DNA of 63,874 bases, filler included, from Craspedostauros australis (Eukaryota): assembly GCA_030167865.1 (NCBI GenBank). It is 6 parts of 6 records of this genome, joined end to end, with 100 filler letters (N's around TTAATTAATTAA, not from the genome) between each part and the next. Parts side by side here need not be neighbours in the genome. Positions count along the whole stretch, not along the records: positions 38,148 to 60,584 come from JALAGF010006644.1; 5 more parts are not named here. One strand, given 5' to 3'. Below are positions 44,267 through 56,143 of this stretch, one piece after another. Within the stretch, counting starts at the first letter, position 1, and each line of letters opens with the position of its first letter. The translations under genes were made by a program, and so were the position numbers. A model generated the notes under the pieces. That model made no database searches and was not told the origin of the DNA. It saw only the letters and a list, made by a program, of their open reading frames with translations.

Positions 44267-47000
44267 TTATCGTGAACTTATATCACACATGGATCGTATC
44301 TGCTTCGCCAATGCGACAGGAGCGTGGTGCTCTTCCTGGTTGCCCCACCACTTCAATCGAACCGCGTACTTCTTCTTCTCACGTCGATTGCGCTGATTGC
44401 CCAGCGCTTGCATCACTTTGTTCTTTGAGCCCCTGTCACCGATTGACAGCGCAATGCAAGGCTTCAGGTTGGGTCCGATGCTACGCGTTTCCGCTTCCGC
44501 TTTCGCATCGGCCCTCTTTGCAGCTGAAGATGCCCCTGTCTCGATTGTCTTCGTCTCGCTCTTGACCCAAGCTTGGTGGCGCTTCTTCGCCTCTCTCTGT
44601 TCCTCCACTGTTGCATTCTTTTCTGTGGGCTGGATCACAAGGGCCTTCCAATTGAGGATCTTCTTGATTTCCTTCTTCATCACCTTCAGGGACGCTTCAG
44701 CGGCAATCTGATTGACTTTCGGCTCACTTGGTCTCTCTTTCATTTCGCTCAGAAGACGGTTTCCGTCCTTGTTGTTGTTCATCGTCGCTTCTGGAAACGC
44801 ATCTGCTGGGCTTGTCACGCAGTAAATGCGATGCTCACCGAATGGGATATATCGAGAAGCTCATGGAGCACTCTCTCCTTGTTCTTGCGAATCTCCTCCC
44901 ACTCCAGTCCCCCGCGTCCGGACTTGTCCTTGGCTTGGATACAGATGGTGACGAAGTTGTAATTCATGAACTTGTATCGCTTCTTCTTTCCAACAACCCT
45001 GTTGGCGGCGGCGACGACAGAATCGTATCCGTCCGCGAGATTGCTGCTGCCTTCTGCGAGGCTCGCAATTGGTGGGTAGAAAGTCTCCTTGGTTTGTTGC
45101 ATTGTCCCTTGCAAAAGCCCCATTTGAAGTCTCAACTTCCAAAGACCTTCAACGTCTCCCTGGTCGATGTCGAGTGTTGCTTCATCTCCGCCCTTCGAAG
45201 GGTTCAACGGTGTGTGCTTGATCTTTTCCAAGCCATTCCAGTTGTAGGTGCCGTTGGTGGACTGGCGACCTGTCAGGTTCGCCCAGTATTGGTCACACCG
45301 CAGATTCACGATTTTGTGTCAGTAGCATTGAGCTGCTGTCCTTGTTGCTGTCCTTGATTCAACCACATCTCGGACTTCTGGAGGTGCATGCCGCTCAACG
45401 CAAAGTCAGATGGTACCAAAATGGGGAACCAGCCCTTCAAATCGTTCCATGATCCATTGACATCATCGTCCGTGAGATCCTTGAGGCGATTCTTGCATCT
45501 TCCCATTCTCGGTGCAGACATGCCCACGTAGTCGCTGAGTATAGACTGTAGATTCTTGCGTTGATGGTCAGCAACTGCCATGGCTGCTGCGATGGAGCTA
45601 GTCACAGTCTGCATCGCGAGTGCTTCGAATGCGAATGATGGCGTTGTCTCCCATCCTCCGTCGCCATGCACCAACCTCTTGCCACCAGCCACCAGCTAGT
45701 CACACAACAATCGCGCGGCGTCGTCCATCACGAAAGGATCCTCCAGGATCGTTGCATTACCTGGCTTGGAGCTGACCATTTCATGGATGGGGTGGCCTGA
45801 GAGGAGTCCATATTTACCGACGAGAGTTCGGAGTGATACGGCTCCACCGTGGAAGTGCTTGAAGTGAATGGAATTGTCAAGAAGGTGGTCGTAGATTTCG
45901 CTGGGGCTTGAATTGAGCTTCATCTTCGTAGTGCCTTGGAACTCCACAACGGCAAGAGCTTGAGTTGCTGCTCCCATCCGTTTTTCCACATGCAGCCACA
46001 ACCCTCCCAAGCTGTTGCTCAGGATGAACGTCTCGATAACCTGGGAGATGATGCGGACTTCGTGGTAGGGGTTCATGTATGTGAGCTGCGAATCGACCAG
46101 CTCCTTGATGAGGATGGAGGTCATTCTTTGGTTGCTGTTGACGATGGTTTCGAGCAATGAGCATTCTCCAAGGTCATCGTGTGCTGGGAGCGTCTTCCGT
46201 TCGATAGCTAGGTATTCAGACAGGAGAGCTTCGCGGACTCCTCTGGTGTCTGAAGTGCCAGTTGGTTGTCGATGAAGGTAGCTTTCTGGTGCACCCCCGA
46301 CAATGTCGCCATAAGTTCCAGTTCCTCCAATCGAAAACACCACTTTGAGATGTGGTCCGTGATTGTTGGCGTGCTTGCGTTGCTTGGCACTGTTGGCTTG
46401 GCTGGCTAGACGGATCCTGATCTTCACATGTGTTCATGATGAAACGGGCCACTTGTTTGCCGAGGGAATCGTAGCTGCGGATGGTCTCCATGGCTGGGGT
46501 GGGACAGCTGAGAGCTCCATCGATTGCGACGACTATTCGAATGGTTTCGTTGATCTTACTCTTCTCATTAAAATTCTTGATCATCTTCACGATGGTTGGC
46601 AAAACGGGGTCGGCAGTGGCTGTGAGCCCGAAGATAGCGCATGTAAGCGGGTTCAGTGCTTTCTGATGTTGCGACGGTGGTTCGATGCCGCGAGGATCTG
46701 TCGGTGGAGCTTTGGCATTGGCATCGCTGATATCTTCATAAACGAAGAGCTGGATGGATATGACAGCATCTCTGTGTGGCACTCACGCAAGAAGCGCCTT
46801 TCCTTGCTGCATTGCATCTGCATCGACATCTACTTCTACATCCGCAGACATGGTTTGGCCTGATGACTTGGTTGCGGGTGGCGAAAGCGTTGAAGTCATC
46901 ATGAATGGTGTGAGTGTCATATGTGAGGCTTTGCTTCGGCGACTGGCGTTCTGTGGTGCGATGTGGCAGATCATCTCCATGTTGCTGTTGTCGTCGTTGG
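44267..47000 (-). pseudogene. Disrupted large gene with NTPase-like and PD-(D/E)xK-like nuclease motifs (Crinkler/RHS-like architecture)
   Basis: Six abutting or overlapping minus-strand ORFs joined by in-frame stops (46783-46785, 45696-45698) and frameshifts. Motifs IRIVVAIDGA, VVFSIGGTG, FAFEAL and NLADG...TICIQAKD. Confidence 0.5.
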
Positions 47001-47489
47001 TGGTGACAGCGTGGATCATCTCCCACGTTGCATGTTGTTGTATCAGGAGGTAGAATGGTGTTGTTTGTGTTGTTCTTGTTCTTGTTGAGGGCCTCTTCCG
47101 AGATTCTTGGTGACATGTTGTGATGCGATGACGTTCCACAGTGTCAACACACAGGACTCACGTGATCCACGTTTCAATCAACACACCGAATCTGTGGAAC
47201 ATCCAAACGCGAATCTTCGCCGCATCTTCCTCACATCTCGACAGAGTATCTTTGTCACAGAGTTCTTGTTCTCGATTTCGTTCTCGTGTTCTCCCACCTC
47301 CTCTGGTTCGATTTCACCCAGCCCCACAACAACACTCTGTGTTGCTGGCTCTTTCTCTGTCTGCGCGTGCGCCATACCAACTCGTATCTTGCATCATCGG
47401 TACTCCGCCCTGTCCGTAGCTCGTGCCACACCACACCATCCCATCCGTTTCACCAACATACATCCGACCATACGAATACTCTGCATCAC

Positions 47490-49985
47490 ATGAGTACCAA
47501 TACGAGTCACATTGCGATGAAGTACACATCCACACGCGATCCATCCATCGTGTGCACCTTCGAAGAAGCTCTGCTCGGAGGATACGCGCCCGACGGTGGC
47601 CTGTTCGTGCCACAAGAGCTGCCAAACGTCGATGCGGACGTGCTCTGCAGTTGGTCGTCGCTGTCGTTCATCGAGCTGGCGTACGAAGTCCTGCGGCTCT
47701 ATGTGTCATCCAACGAGGTGCCAGATGTTGATCTGCGCGAGATCTGCCAAACCTCTTTTCAAGGCTTCCCGACGCCAGCGATCCCCATCGATAAGACGGC
47801 CGTGCCAGGGCTGCACATCGCAGAGCTCTTCCATGGGCCGACCTTCTGTTTCAAGGATGTTGGGATGCGGGCCGTCGTGAACCTGTTGGAGTACTTTGCT
47901 GACAAGCGTGGCATGCGAATCACTCTGTTGGTCTCCACAACGGGAGATACGGGGCCGGCTGCAGTGCAGGCTGTCAAGGACATCGCCGATCGACGGCAAT
48001 CCCAGTCCCAGCAATCTCCGCTGTCCATTCTGGTGCATTATCCGCAAGGTCAGATCTCTGCCATGCAGCGCAAACAACTCACGACGTTGCAGTCGCAGAA
48101 CATCCGTGTTGTAGCATACGAAGGCGGCGGCGATGACATGGATGCACCAATCAAGCGCATCCAAGCCAAGAACAAGGATTCCACTCCAGTCCGTAGTAGC
48201 AGCAGTGGTGGCAATGGTGGTAGCGTGGATGGGTCCCATCCAAAGCGCATCATCTGCGGAGTGAATAGCTACAACATTGGGCGACCGTTGATGCAAATGA
48301 CGCTTTGGGTACGTTGGGTGATGCATCAATGTGTGTATGTGTGTGCATGTGTGTACACATGAGCACGTGGACGCGTATGGAGCACTTCGACGGGACATAC
48401 GAGCTATTCCATCATACGCTTCGCTGGCATGCCTTGATCGTAGTCGTTGAAAGTGCGATGCACTCGGACGTGAATGTGGCCACGCCTGTGTATTGATCTG
48501 CTTTTTTCTGTTCACTCCACTGATCCCATCATCATCTCTCCAACATGCTCTTCAACTGTCCCACCAAAATGACCGAGTATCATTCCAAATGGTATGGTAG
48601 ATTTGGACGTATCTGCGTGTCGTGGAGGACGTTGGTATCACACCAGGAGATGCAGGTGAGTGGGTGACTGATTGAGAGCCCTCAGCGCATCCATCCATGG
48701 ACGAGAATCCACTCTTGTGGATGATGTTGCGTGTTCGCGGAAAGGCATGGCACGGCAATCCAGTTGTCGTGTGTTTCAGCGCAGGAGGTACGGAGTGGTA
48801 TGTGCTTGTTCTCTCACCACTGCCATGCCCTAACATTGCTCTCCATCGCATTTCTCATCTTCGGATTATCCGTACGTTTGTGCGACTCTATCAATGCTAT
48901 TCGCTTTCCACATGCCTACCCACTCTTTGATGTGCCTCATGATATGACGCCACGCTTCACACCTTGCTCTTCAGGATGTCCTGTCGACATGATTGTTCCA
49001 ACGGGTGCCATGGGCAACATCGCTGGCGGGTACATGGCGAAGTGCATGGGCGTGCCCATCGGTACTCTGACAGCTTCCGTCAACATCAATGACACAACGC
49101 ACGTGGCCATCCAAGATGGTGTATTTGCCAGAACGCCCACCATGCACAAGACTATCTCGGAAGCAATCAACATCCAGTTGGTGAGTTCATGTCGCATCGA
49201 AAGGAAGTGGCTGGTCTGTCATCAAGCAAGCAAGTATGCAGGCATGCAGTCAACCGACGGATCGATCAACGATCATGCGATTGGAAATTCAATCGGAAAT
49301 GCACTGAATCCTCAACACCCTTGTTGCTCCACACATCTTGTGTTTCTCCTTGTTTCTCTTTCACACACACATTCTCTATTTCTTTACCCCCATTCCTACA
49401 AATGCACAGCCATACAACTTTGAGCGCCTCCTGTTTTATTTGACGCAAGGGAATCATGCATTGGTACAGCGCTGGTACACCGAACTATCCAACTCAAACC
49501 GCATCCAACTCGACAAAGAATGGCATGCCAAGCTCTCCACCGACTTTCGCAGCGCAAGAGTGACCGACGAGGATCTATGCGCCACATTGCGCAAGGTACA
49601 CGCGCTGTCTGGATACGTTGCGGATCCTCACACGGGGGTTGCCCTGTGCGCTGCAGAACGGTTGGGATACATTCCACTTCACAACGGCAATGATGGTGAT
49701 CACCAAAACAGTCGCCGTTCTGCAAGTGACGGATCCACGCAGGATCGACCGACTGCGCTCATGGCAACCGCATCGCCGTGCAAGTTCGAGGAGGCAGTGA
49801 CAGTGGCGTTGGGTGCGAAGGTGTGGGAGGAGTACAGACAGTCCCAGTTTCCACAACGAGCGTGCGAGATCTTGGATAGCACCGAAGTCGCTCCCATTGT
49901 CTACCCATTCACGGCAGGCAAGACGTTGGAGGAAGTCCAGATGGATTGGCAACGACAAGCGGAAGATATCATCGACACGCTGTGA
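47490..49985 (+). CDS. thrC: Threonine synthase (PLP-dependent), four exons
   Basis: MKYTSTRD, APDGGLFVP, ELFHGPTFCFKD (PLP lysine), STTGDTG, NSYNIGR, VPTGAMGN, PYNFER, DPHTGV, TASPCKF. Phase-consistent exons 47490-48308, 48601-48655, 48975-49180, 49410-49985. Confidence 0.93.
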
Positions 49986-50271
49986 TGGCCACTGATCAGA
50001 CTGGTGGATGCAAAGATGTAACAGCAGCATCTGTCATTCTTCACGCTGTTCTGATCAAGTTTGTTCTGTGACGTACCAATCACGGAACTTGCCAACACTG
50101 CGTGTTGTCCTCCTTCATCTTCAATCGTGATCTGTGGAGGCTATACAAATTAATCTAGATATATCGAAAGATATGCAGACCTGATTTGCGGGTCACGGTG
50201 TGGCTTCTCCCGTATTACTACCATACATGGTATTATTATGTGAATCTTCATATTCGCATGATACATCATGC

Positions 50272-52200
50272 TCACCGCTTCTGCTGGGACTTGATCTTGC
50301 GGTAGGCCTCAGTGATGTACTTGGAGCGCTCGACGCTACGTTGCTTCTGTGCCTCGGTTGCGTTGGGTTGCGTATCGGGATGATGCTTCAGCATTTCTCT
50401 GCGAAAAGCGGCGCTGACATCGGTCTTCGATGAGCCTCGTGGCACGTTCAGCACGGAGTAGGGATCGTTGGGGTCAAAGTCCCACTGGTATTCCGGCTTT
50501 GCCTTTGCCTTCTGCTGCCGACCTCGTCGCGTGCTTTGACCGCTGTACGATGATTTTTGCTGGTTTTGCTGTTGTTGCTGTTGTTGTTGCCAAAAGTCCT
50601 GTTGCTGCTGCTGCGCCTGCTTGCTCCATTGCTGACGTGCCCACTCCTCCCAATCCTTGTACCAATCATAGTCACCTTCTTCGTGCCTGGCCTCTCCGGA
50701 TAGACTGGAGAGGATGTCACGTTTGTTGCGATCGTAAAACTGCTGCGCCCGGCCCATCGTATCCGAAAAGTCATTCATCAGACTCTCTGTCGAGCTGCCT
50801 TGCGCCTCGGCCTCTCTCTGCCGCTCCCATTCCGCGCTCTCGCTCCGCCGTTCCATCCACGGCTGGATGACCTTGCGGAAGCCCGTGAAAACGCCGCCGA
50901 GCACCCCCACGATCGGGATCATGGCCGCGAAACGAACGAAGAGCATTGCGAAAAATGGTCCGAGCGGGCGCAGGATGGTGGATAGGATGCGGGCATTGCG
51001 AGCCAGCGTCAACGGCGATGCTCTCATCATGGAGCCGAGGGCACCCTGCCCGGTTCGGGACATCTCGGGAGAGATGCGGAACGACGCTGCCGCGTCATCC
51101 GTCATGACCTGATGGGATGGACCCGACACGGGCGATCCTTGATCGCAGCCGCTGACGAAGGCCCTGTACTCGAGGCCGACGATGCTGTAGTCCAGTACGT
51201 ACGTGGGCATGTAAACGCGCCGGCTCTTGACCACCTCCGTCTGCACCTGGATGGAGATGTTGCTGCCATCGCTGCCATTCTCAGCAGCCCAATCCGCCTC
51301 TGCCAGCAGCTGCAACTCCGCCTTGAGGTTGCGAAAGGCACCCGCTCGAGTGGCGTTCCACGCATCCGGCGTCACAGCGATGGAATCTCCCGTGGACTGG
51401 AGCTGCATCTCGCGCAACATCCACGAACCGAAGGGCTGCGTCTCGTCGCCCAAAAAGACGAGCGTGGTGTTGTGGACAGGATGTATCAGCGATCGGCGGT
51501 AGGAGTAGCCAGCGTACGAAGACAAGCCTGCCAGATGTATGACGGAGTCGTTGGTGCTGCGGTACGCATCCGCGAACATTTGCGGTTTCCATGCTGTGGC
51601 CTGCTTGCGATTGTTGGCATCCACCCGGACGAATCGAATGTTGATGTCGAAGCTCCAGACGGGCGCGTACGCCGCACCGATCCTCACCGACTGGTAGTTC
51701 ATGAGGTATCCCAACCCTTGGTCGTTCTCAGCCCATGATTGGAACTTGGCCAGCGCCTCCTCAGGCGAAATCGTGAAAGGCAGGCCATCCAACTGGAACT
51801 TCTTGGTTCTGCCGCCAGTGCGACTGCTGAAGCAACGAACATCTGCTGATTGCTTCTGCTGCAGCTTCTGATTTCGCCGACAATGGATTGCGCGGTCGTC
51901 GAAGGAGGTCCGGATCAACGAACTCCCAAGCCCCAAGATGGGTGCACGTTTGCGATATGATGCAGACATTTCGTATGTCCGAGCAGAACGCAAGGCGTTC
52001 CATGAACGTCCCATTTGTCGTGATTGTTGTGTTCCCGATAGCGCGAAGCTGCGCGAGCTGAAGCGGCCAACCTGACTTCTGACTTCGCTGCTTCCATTGC
52101 TCGCACGGACGCCGATGATGACATGGCTCAGCTTGCATCGAGCACGAATGCACCACTGAGGTGAAAGGCCTCGGCTGATGCTGACAAGGGTGCTGGCCAT
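50272..52200 (-). CDS. J-domain (DnaJ/Hsp40-type) protein with a C-terminal J domain
   Basis: C-terminal DPYSVLNV...AFRREMLKHHPD...ITEAYRKI. R/S-rich N-terminus resembles a mitochondrial transit peptide; a hydrophobic segment precedes the Q-rich linker. Confidence 0.88.
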   Translation of the reverse strand: MASTLVSISRGLSPQWCIRARCKLSHVIIGVRASNGSSEVRSQVGRFSSRSFALSGTQQSRQMGRSWNALRSARTYEMSASYRKRAPILGLGSSLIRTSFDDRAIHCRRNQKLQQKQSADVRCFSSRTGGRTKKFQLDGLPFTISPEEALAKFQSWAENDQGLGYLMNYQSVRIGAAYAPVWSFDINIRFVRVDANNRKQATAWKPQMFADAYRSTNDSVIHLAGLSSYAGYSYRRSLIHPVHNTTLVFLGDETQPFGSWMLREMQLQSTGDSIAVTPDAWNATRAGAFRNLKAELQLLAEADWAAENGSDGSNISIQVQTEVVKSRRVYMPTYVLDYSIVGLEYRAFVSGCDQGSPVSGPSHQVMTDDAAASFRISPEMSRTGQGALGSMMRASPLTLARNARILSTILRPLGPFFAMLFVRFAAMIPIVGVLGGVFTGFRKVIQPWMERRSESAEWERQREAEAQGSSTESLMNDFSDTMGRAQQFYDRNKRDILSSLSGEARHEEGDYDWYKDWEEWARQQWSKQAQQQQQDFWQQQQQQQQNQQKSSYSGQSTRRGRQQKAKAKPEYQWDFDPNDPYSVLNVPRGSSKTDVSAAFRREMLKHHPDTQPNATEAQKQRSVERSKYITEAYRKIKSQQKR

Positions 52201-52617
52201 TGTGCCAATGGCAGCGCGTCAAGAATCAGCGCCGTTGCTTGATGCTACACCTGCTCAATCCAGCGAATGTATTATATAGCACTTGTATGCTTCAATTGCT
52301 TGTTTTGGCACTCGCAAAGGTTCAATCTAGCTTGTGCGACGAGCATGCACTCGCACGTATTATGTGATGAAACGAAGTGTGCCATTTGCGGCTCTCTGCG
52401 ATGTGTGTGTGGTTGTGTTTCTGTGGGTTTGGCCGAATCTGAAACAACAACAACGACAAAGCAGATCGTTACGCGGCACTGTTGTGGTGCCAATGATGTT
52501 TGGGGCTGTTTCTGTCTGTTGGTTGGCGAGCTCCCACCAAGAAAACTACAGATACTATGCTCACTCTTGACTAGAGAGGAGCGTATTATAATACAACAGT
52601 ACGCACTCTGCGCTACT

Positions 52618-54114
52618 CTATCCATTATATTTGTCCAATTCCTTGAGAAGATTGAAGAAGAGAGATTCGTATTGATCCGTTGATAGTTGCGGCCGGAATG
52701 TGACGACCCCGGCTTTGGGCTCCCACGAGACGATCAGCCCATCTTCATTTTGGAATGCTTCATCTGACACGACCCAGCTGAGAGGTGGTTGGTATCGCTG
52801 ACCGAAGCTCCTTGATCGCCATCGCCGTCTGGCCTGTTCGGGGCTCACGATGCGCACGATGATGGGGCAGGTCTGAGAGGCTCGGATTGGAACTGTCAGA
52901 ACGAGGTCGGTGCGGTTCAGTTTCAGGCTGATTGCGCGCACAATCCGTCGATCCTCCAACGTACGTCCCCGAATGCAACCGTAGGGAGGGACGGGGAGGA
53001 AGTTGTAAGGCTGCGGTATGTACGACAAGAAGGACTCTGGGCAGTGATCTGACAGCAGTTTCCATGTCCACAAGTACTTCGTCAAGCTGAGACGCAGGCG
53101 GGCGGCCGATTCTCGGTAGCGATAATTGTCTTCGGTGATTGGCATGGAGACGACGATGTTCGGTCTGTGGATGATCCGGTAGCCAATACCTCCCATCTCA
53201 TGTTCGAGGTTCATGGAGACAGGGAAAGTGCCTGACCATACCGGCGCTTCGATGCATTTGGTTTGAACGCGGATCAATATCTTGCTTTGGTATGCGAGGT
53301 ACGCACACGCCCTTCGAATCTGTCTCGAGGTCTCGTCATCGTCCTTGTTCTTGTCGTCGTCGGCGGCGTTATTATCATTGGTGAGATACGGTTTCGCCTT
53401 TAAGTTGTATTGCTCGAGTGGGAAAATATGCGATCGATCATCATGGTCTTCGCCTGGCTCTTGCTGCGCAGATCTGCGTTCGGCTGACATGCCATCAGCG
53501 GCATCGTCACGCTCCAGTGGTTCAGAATCAGCACGGTTCCCGCCAACTTCATTATTGTCATCGCTCTCCTCGCATGCGCATATATCCAGCATGGATGCAA
53601 CGGCCTGTTGGAATGGCCGTAGATCTTTCGAGACTCCTGGCAGGCTCTGCATGTGTTGCCGCAGTCTTTCTGCGTTGGCGGGATCATCATCCAGCAGCGA
53701 ATCGAACTTGTGGATGTTTCTTCTCCAGCTCAATTTGGGTTCCCCAAACAGCCGTTTTTCGCGGATGACGAGGGCGTCGAAGACAACGCTCTTGACATGG
53801 AAGCCAGCGCATCCCTTCATGCATGGTTCCAAGGCCTGATAGAACAGTGGCACAGAATCCAATGGCAAATGTTCCGCAACGAGGTTGCAGAACAGATCTC
53901 TCGGCAAGCTTCGGAAGAGGGAGCATCCGCAATGTGCTGTTTGTGTTTTGGAAGATGATTCGTCCCGACGCCCCCTTTCGGCCTTGGGCGGTCCTGTTAA
54001 AACGCCCACGCTGATGGAAGCTGCCGTCGTCATTGTACTCGTATGCATGTATTGTACGAGTATGACGGAGTGTGACGAGGTGTCATGAGGTGCTTTTCGG
54101 GGGACTGAGAACAT
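52618..54114 (-). CDS. Hypothetical protein, possible N-terminal F-box-like motif
   Basis: 498-aa ORF; the true start may be a downstream ATG. LFRSLPRDLFCNLVAEHLPLDSV resembles an F-box start. Confidence 0.65.
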   Translation of the reverse strand: MFSVPRKAPHDTSSHSVILVQYMHTSTMTTAASISVGVLTGPPKAERGRRDESSSKTQTAHCGCSLFRSLPRDLFCNLVAEHLPLDSVPLFYQALEPCMKGCAGFHVKSVVFDALVIREKRLFGEPKLSWRRNIHKFDSLLDDDPANAERLRQHMQSLPGVSKDLRPFQQAVASMLDICACEESDDNNEVGGNRADSEPLERDDAADGMSAERRSAQQEPGEDHDDRSHIFPLEQYNLKAKPYLTNDNNAADDDKNKDDDETSRQIRRACAYLAYQSKILIRVQTKCIEAPVWSGTFPVSMNLEHEMGGIGYRIIHRPNIVVSMPITEDNYRYRESAARLRLSLTKYLWTWKLLSDHCPESFLSYIPQPYNFLPVPPYGCIRGRTLEDRRIVRAISLKLNRTDLVLTVPIRASQTCPIIVRIVSPEQARRRWRSRSFGQRYQPPLSWVVSDEAFQNEDGLIVSWEPKAGVVTFRPQLSTDQYESLFFNLLKELDKYNG

Positions 54115-54477
54115 GGGCAGCCGTGATGGCTGTGGGCATCACAGAATTGCAGAATGTGAAGAGATTCCTGGATCTTTTGTAAATTCAGTATTCGAAACCT
54201 GCGCGCGTTTTGTGTGAATAACAAGTACGTATTGCGTGGATCCCGAATCGAAAGAAAGTGAATATCACGAAATAGATAAGAGCTAATTACATCTCACCAC
54301 CAGGATCTGAACCAGAGATGATACCCTGACAACACCAAGCAAGATCCACCTCGGCGTGTTCTCATTCACTTGTTACGACGCCTATTGATGCCTGCACAGT
54401 CTCCAGATTCTTCCAACTTGACTCCATTCAAGCCAAGCCAACTCAGCTCAGCTCAGCTCTACTCTGCCCCACTCTAA

Positions 54478-55746
54478 TCAACCTCTCTCCGCCCACCTGC
54501 GGTAATGCCGATGCGAATGCAGAAGCACTTCGAAGAGGTAATCTGGATCGCTTCGCAGAAAAGCTTCTTTTTTCAGGATCAGGTTACAGCAGACGGCCAA
54601 GAATTCGTCGTTACTGGCGCGCGCACGGACTGCCTTGATGTGATGGTGTCGAGTCTTGTTCATGCCGAGCATCGGTTTGATCAACTTGTAGAATAGCTTG
54701 TGATTTGAAACGCCCGCGATGTACAGATTTTGCAGAGCTGTATTGCCGTACCCGCGGCGCTTCCCCTCCATGGCATCCCTGAGGCGCATGATGGTGCCAT
54801 TCTTCTTGCCCAAGAAGTGCAGTGCGCTGTCGAGAAGCTTGATATCTCGCAGACTGCTGCCTTCAATGAGCTTCACTATCCAACTGGCCGGGTTCTCGTG
54901 ATCTTCATGAAGCTCGCTGGCGATGAATTGTTGCATGCATTTGTTTTGGCATATCGAGTCGATCAGTGCATCCGTGGGCCGCAGCCTGAAGATAGACAAC
55001 GTGGATATCCGCGCCGTTTTGACCATTTGAGACAGGGTGGTGTCGGAGAGCCTGAACTGGCTTCCCAGATCCAATTGGCAGACCTTGGACGTGGGTTCCG
55101 CCAGCAGCTGTTGAAGATGTCTGCCGGTGGCCTCGTTGGTGCAGTTATTCAAAGAGGCGGATCGCGTGCAGCTCAGCAACCGTGCCAATGACTTCGAGTC
55201 CACCCCGTCAACGTCGTTAAGCCTAATCCAATCGAACAGCAGATTAGTTTGCGGTCGATTGACGAACACCGGAATCAACCTGAGATCCTCGAACGTAAGC
55301 GCTTTGAAGTCTGTGTATCCTTCGATCAGGCTCGACAGCGCTTCCAGCGCTTGGCATAGATCCCGAGGCAGCTTCCCATCTGCGTGTTCTGTATGGCTAT
55401 GTCTTGGCAGTCTGAATTGGAGTTTGACGGCCATCGTCGTCATCAACGAGCTCCACTCATCGTGCCGAAATCCACGATCGGACATTCGCACGTACTCTCC
55501 GAAGTAGACTGTCTTCCATTTGCACATGAACGTCTGCAAGTCCCACCAGGTGTATCCGCAGCGCATCAACCATGTCCACTCGTCGGTTGCAACTTCCATC
55601 CATCGAACTCCGTGACGGGGTTCGCTCGCAGGAGGTGATGGGTGAAACGGAGGCTCCAGGCCATCCTCGCATTTCAACACCTTGTACAGATGCTGCAACC
55701 GTGCCTGTGCGATTTCATCAGCCTGATCCCCTCGCTCGGTTTTCAT
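54478..55746 (-). CDS. Hypothetical protein with degenerate LRR/RNI-like periodicity
   Basis: Likely ATG at 55746 within a 483-aa ORF. LxxLxL-type units VCQLDLG, ISTLSIF, LRDIKLL, LQNLYIA. Confidence 0.65.
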   Translation of the reverse strand: MKTERGDQADEIAQARLQHLYKVLKCEDGLEPPFHPSPPASEPRHGVRWMEVATDEWTWLMRCGYTWWDLQTFMCKWKTVYFGEYVRMSDRGFRHDEWSSLMTTMAVKLQFRLPRHSHTEHADGKLPRDLCQALEALSSLIEGYTDFKALTFEDLRLIPVFVNRPQTNLLFDWIRLNDVDGVDSKSLARLLSCTRSASLNNCTNEATGRHLQQLLAEPTSKVCQLDLGSQFRLSDTTLSQMVKTARISTLSIFRLRPTDALIDSICQNKCMQQFIASELHEDHENPASWIVKLIEGSSLRDIKLLDSALHFLGKKNGTIMRLRDAMEGKRRGYGNTALQNLYIAGVSNHKLFYKLIKPMLGMNKTRHHHIKAVRARASNDEFLAVCCNLILKKEAFLRSDPDYLFEVLLHSHRHYRRWAERG

Positions 55747-56143
55747 CTGCGTATGCTGATTGTGATCCGGGTGGGGAAGAGTATGGTTGGGTATGGATTG
55801 GTGTTGGCGTTGGTACCTGTTGGACTTGCACCCATTGCGATTCCGAGTTCTTGTGTGGGCAGAGGCAGTGGAACTGAGGTTGCGGAGAGCGCCGCAGAAT
55901 TTTTTCGTTTGATGTGCTTTACGAGCCAAAATGATCGAATCCCTTTTTGCCTTCCGTAACGCTTCAAGGAGTCTAGAGATAGACAGAAGTAGACGGACTG
56001 TGAATCAACAACCCACGTGTGCGCCACTGTTGCTGGACCTCATGCTGCTGCTCTACGACTACAATCCCGCACTACCATGCAACTCATATCATGAGGATAT
56101 GAGAAAGACATAGAGTACACACTCCACCTACGATACGCTAACT

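Noticed and set aside
44815..45309. GTGA start/stop overlaps suggesting a bacterial operon
   Set aside because: These are non-ATG starts chosen by the ORF caller within a eukaryotic contig; better explained as frameshifts in one gene.
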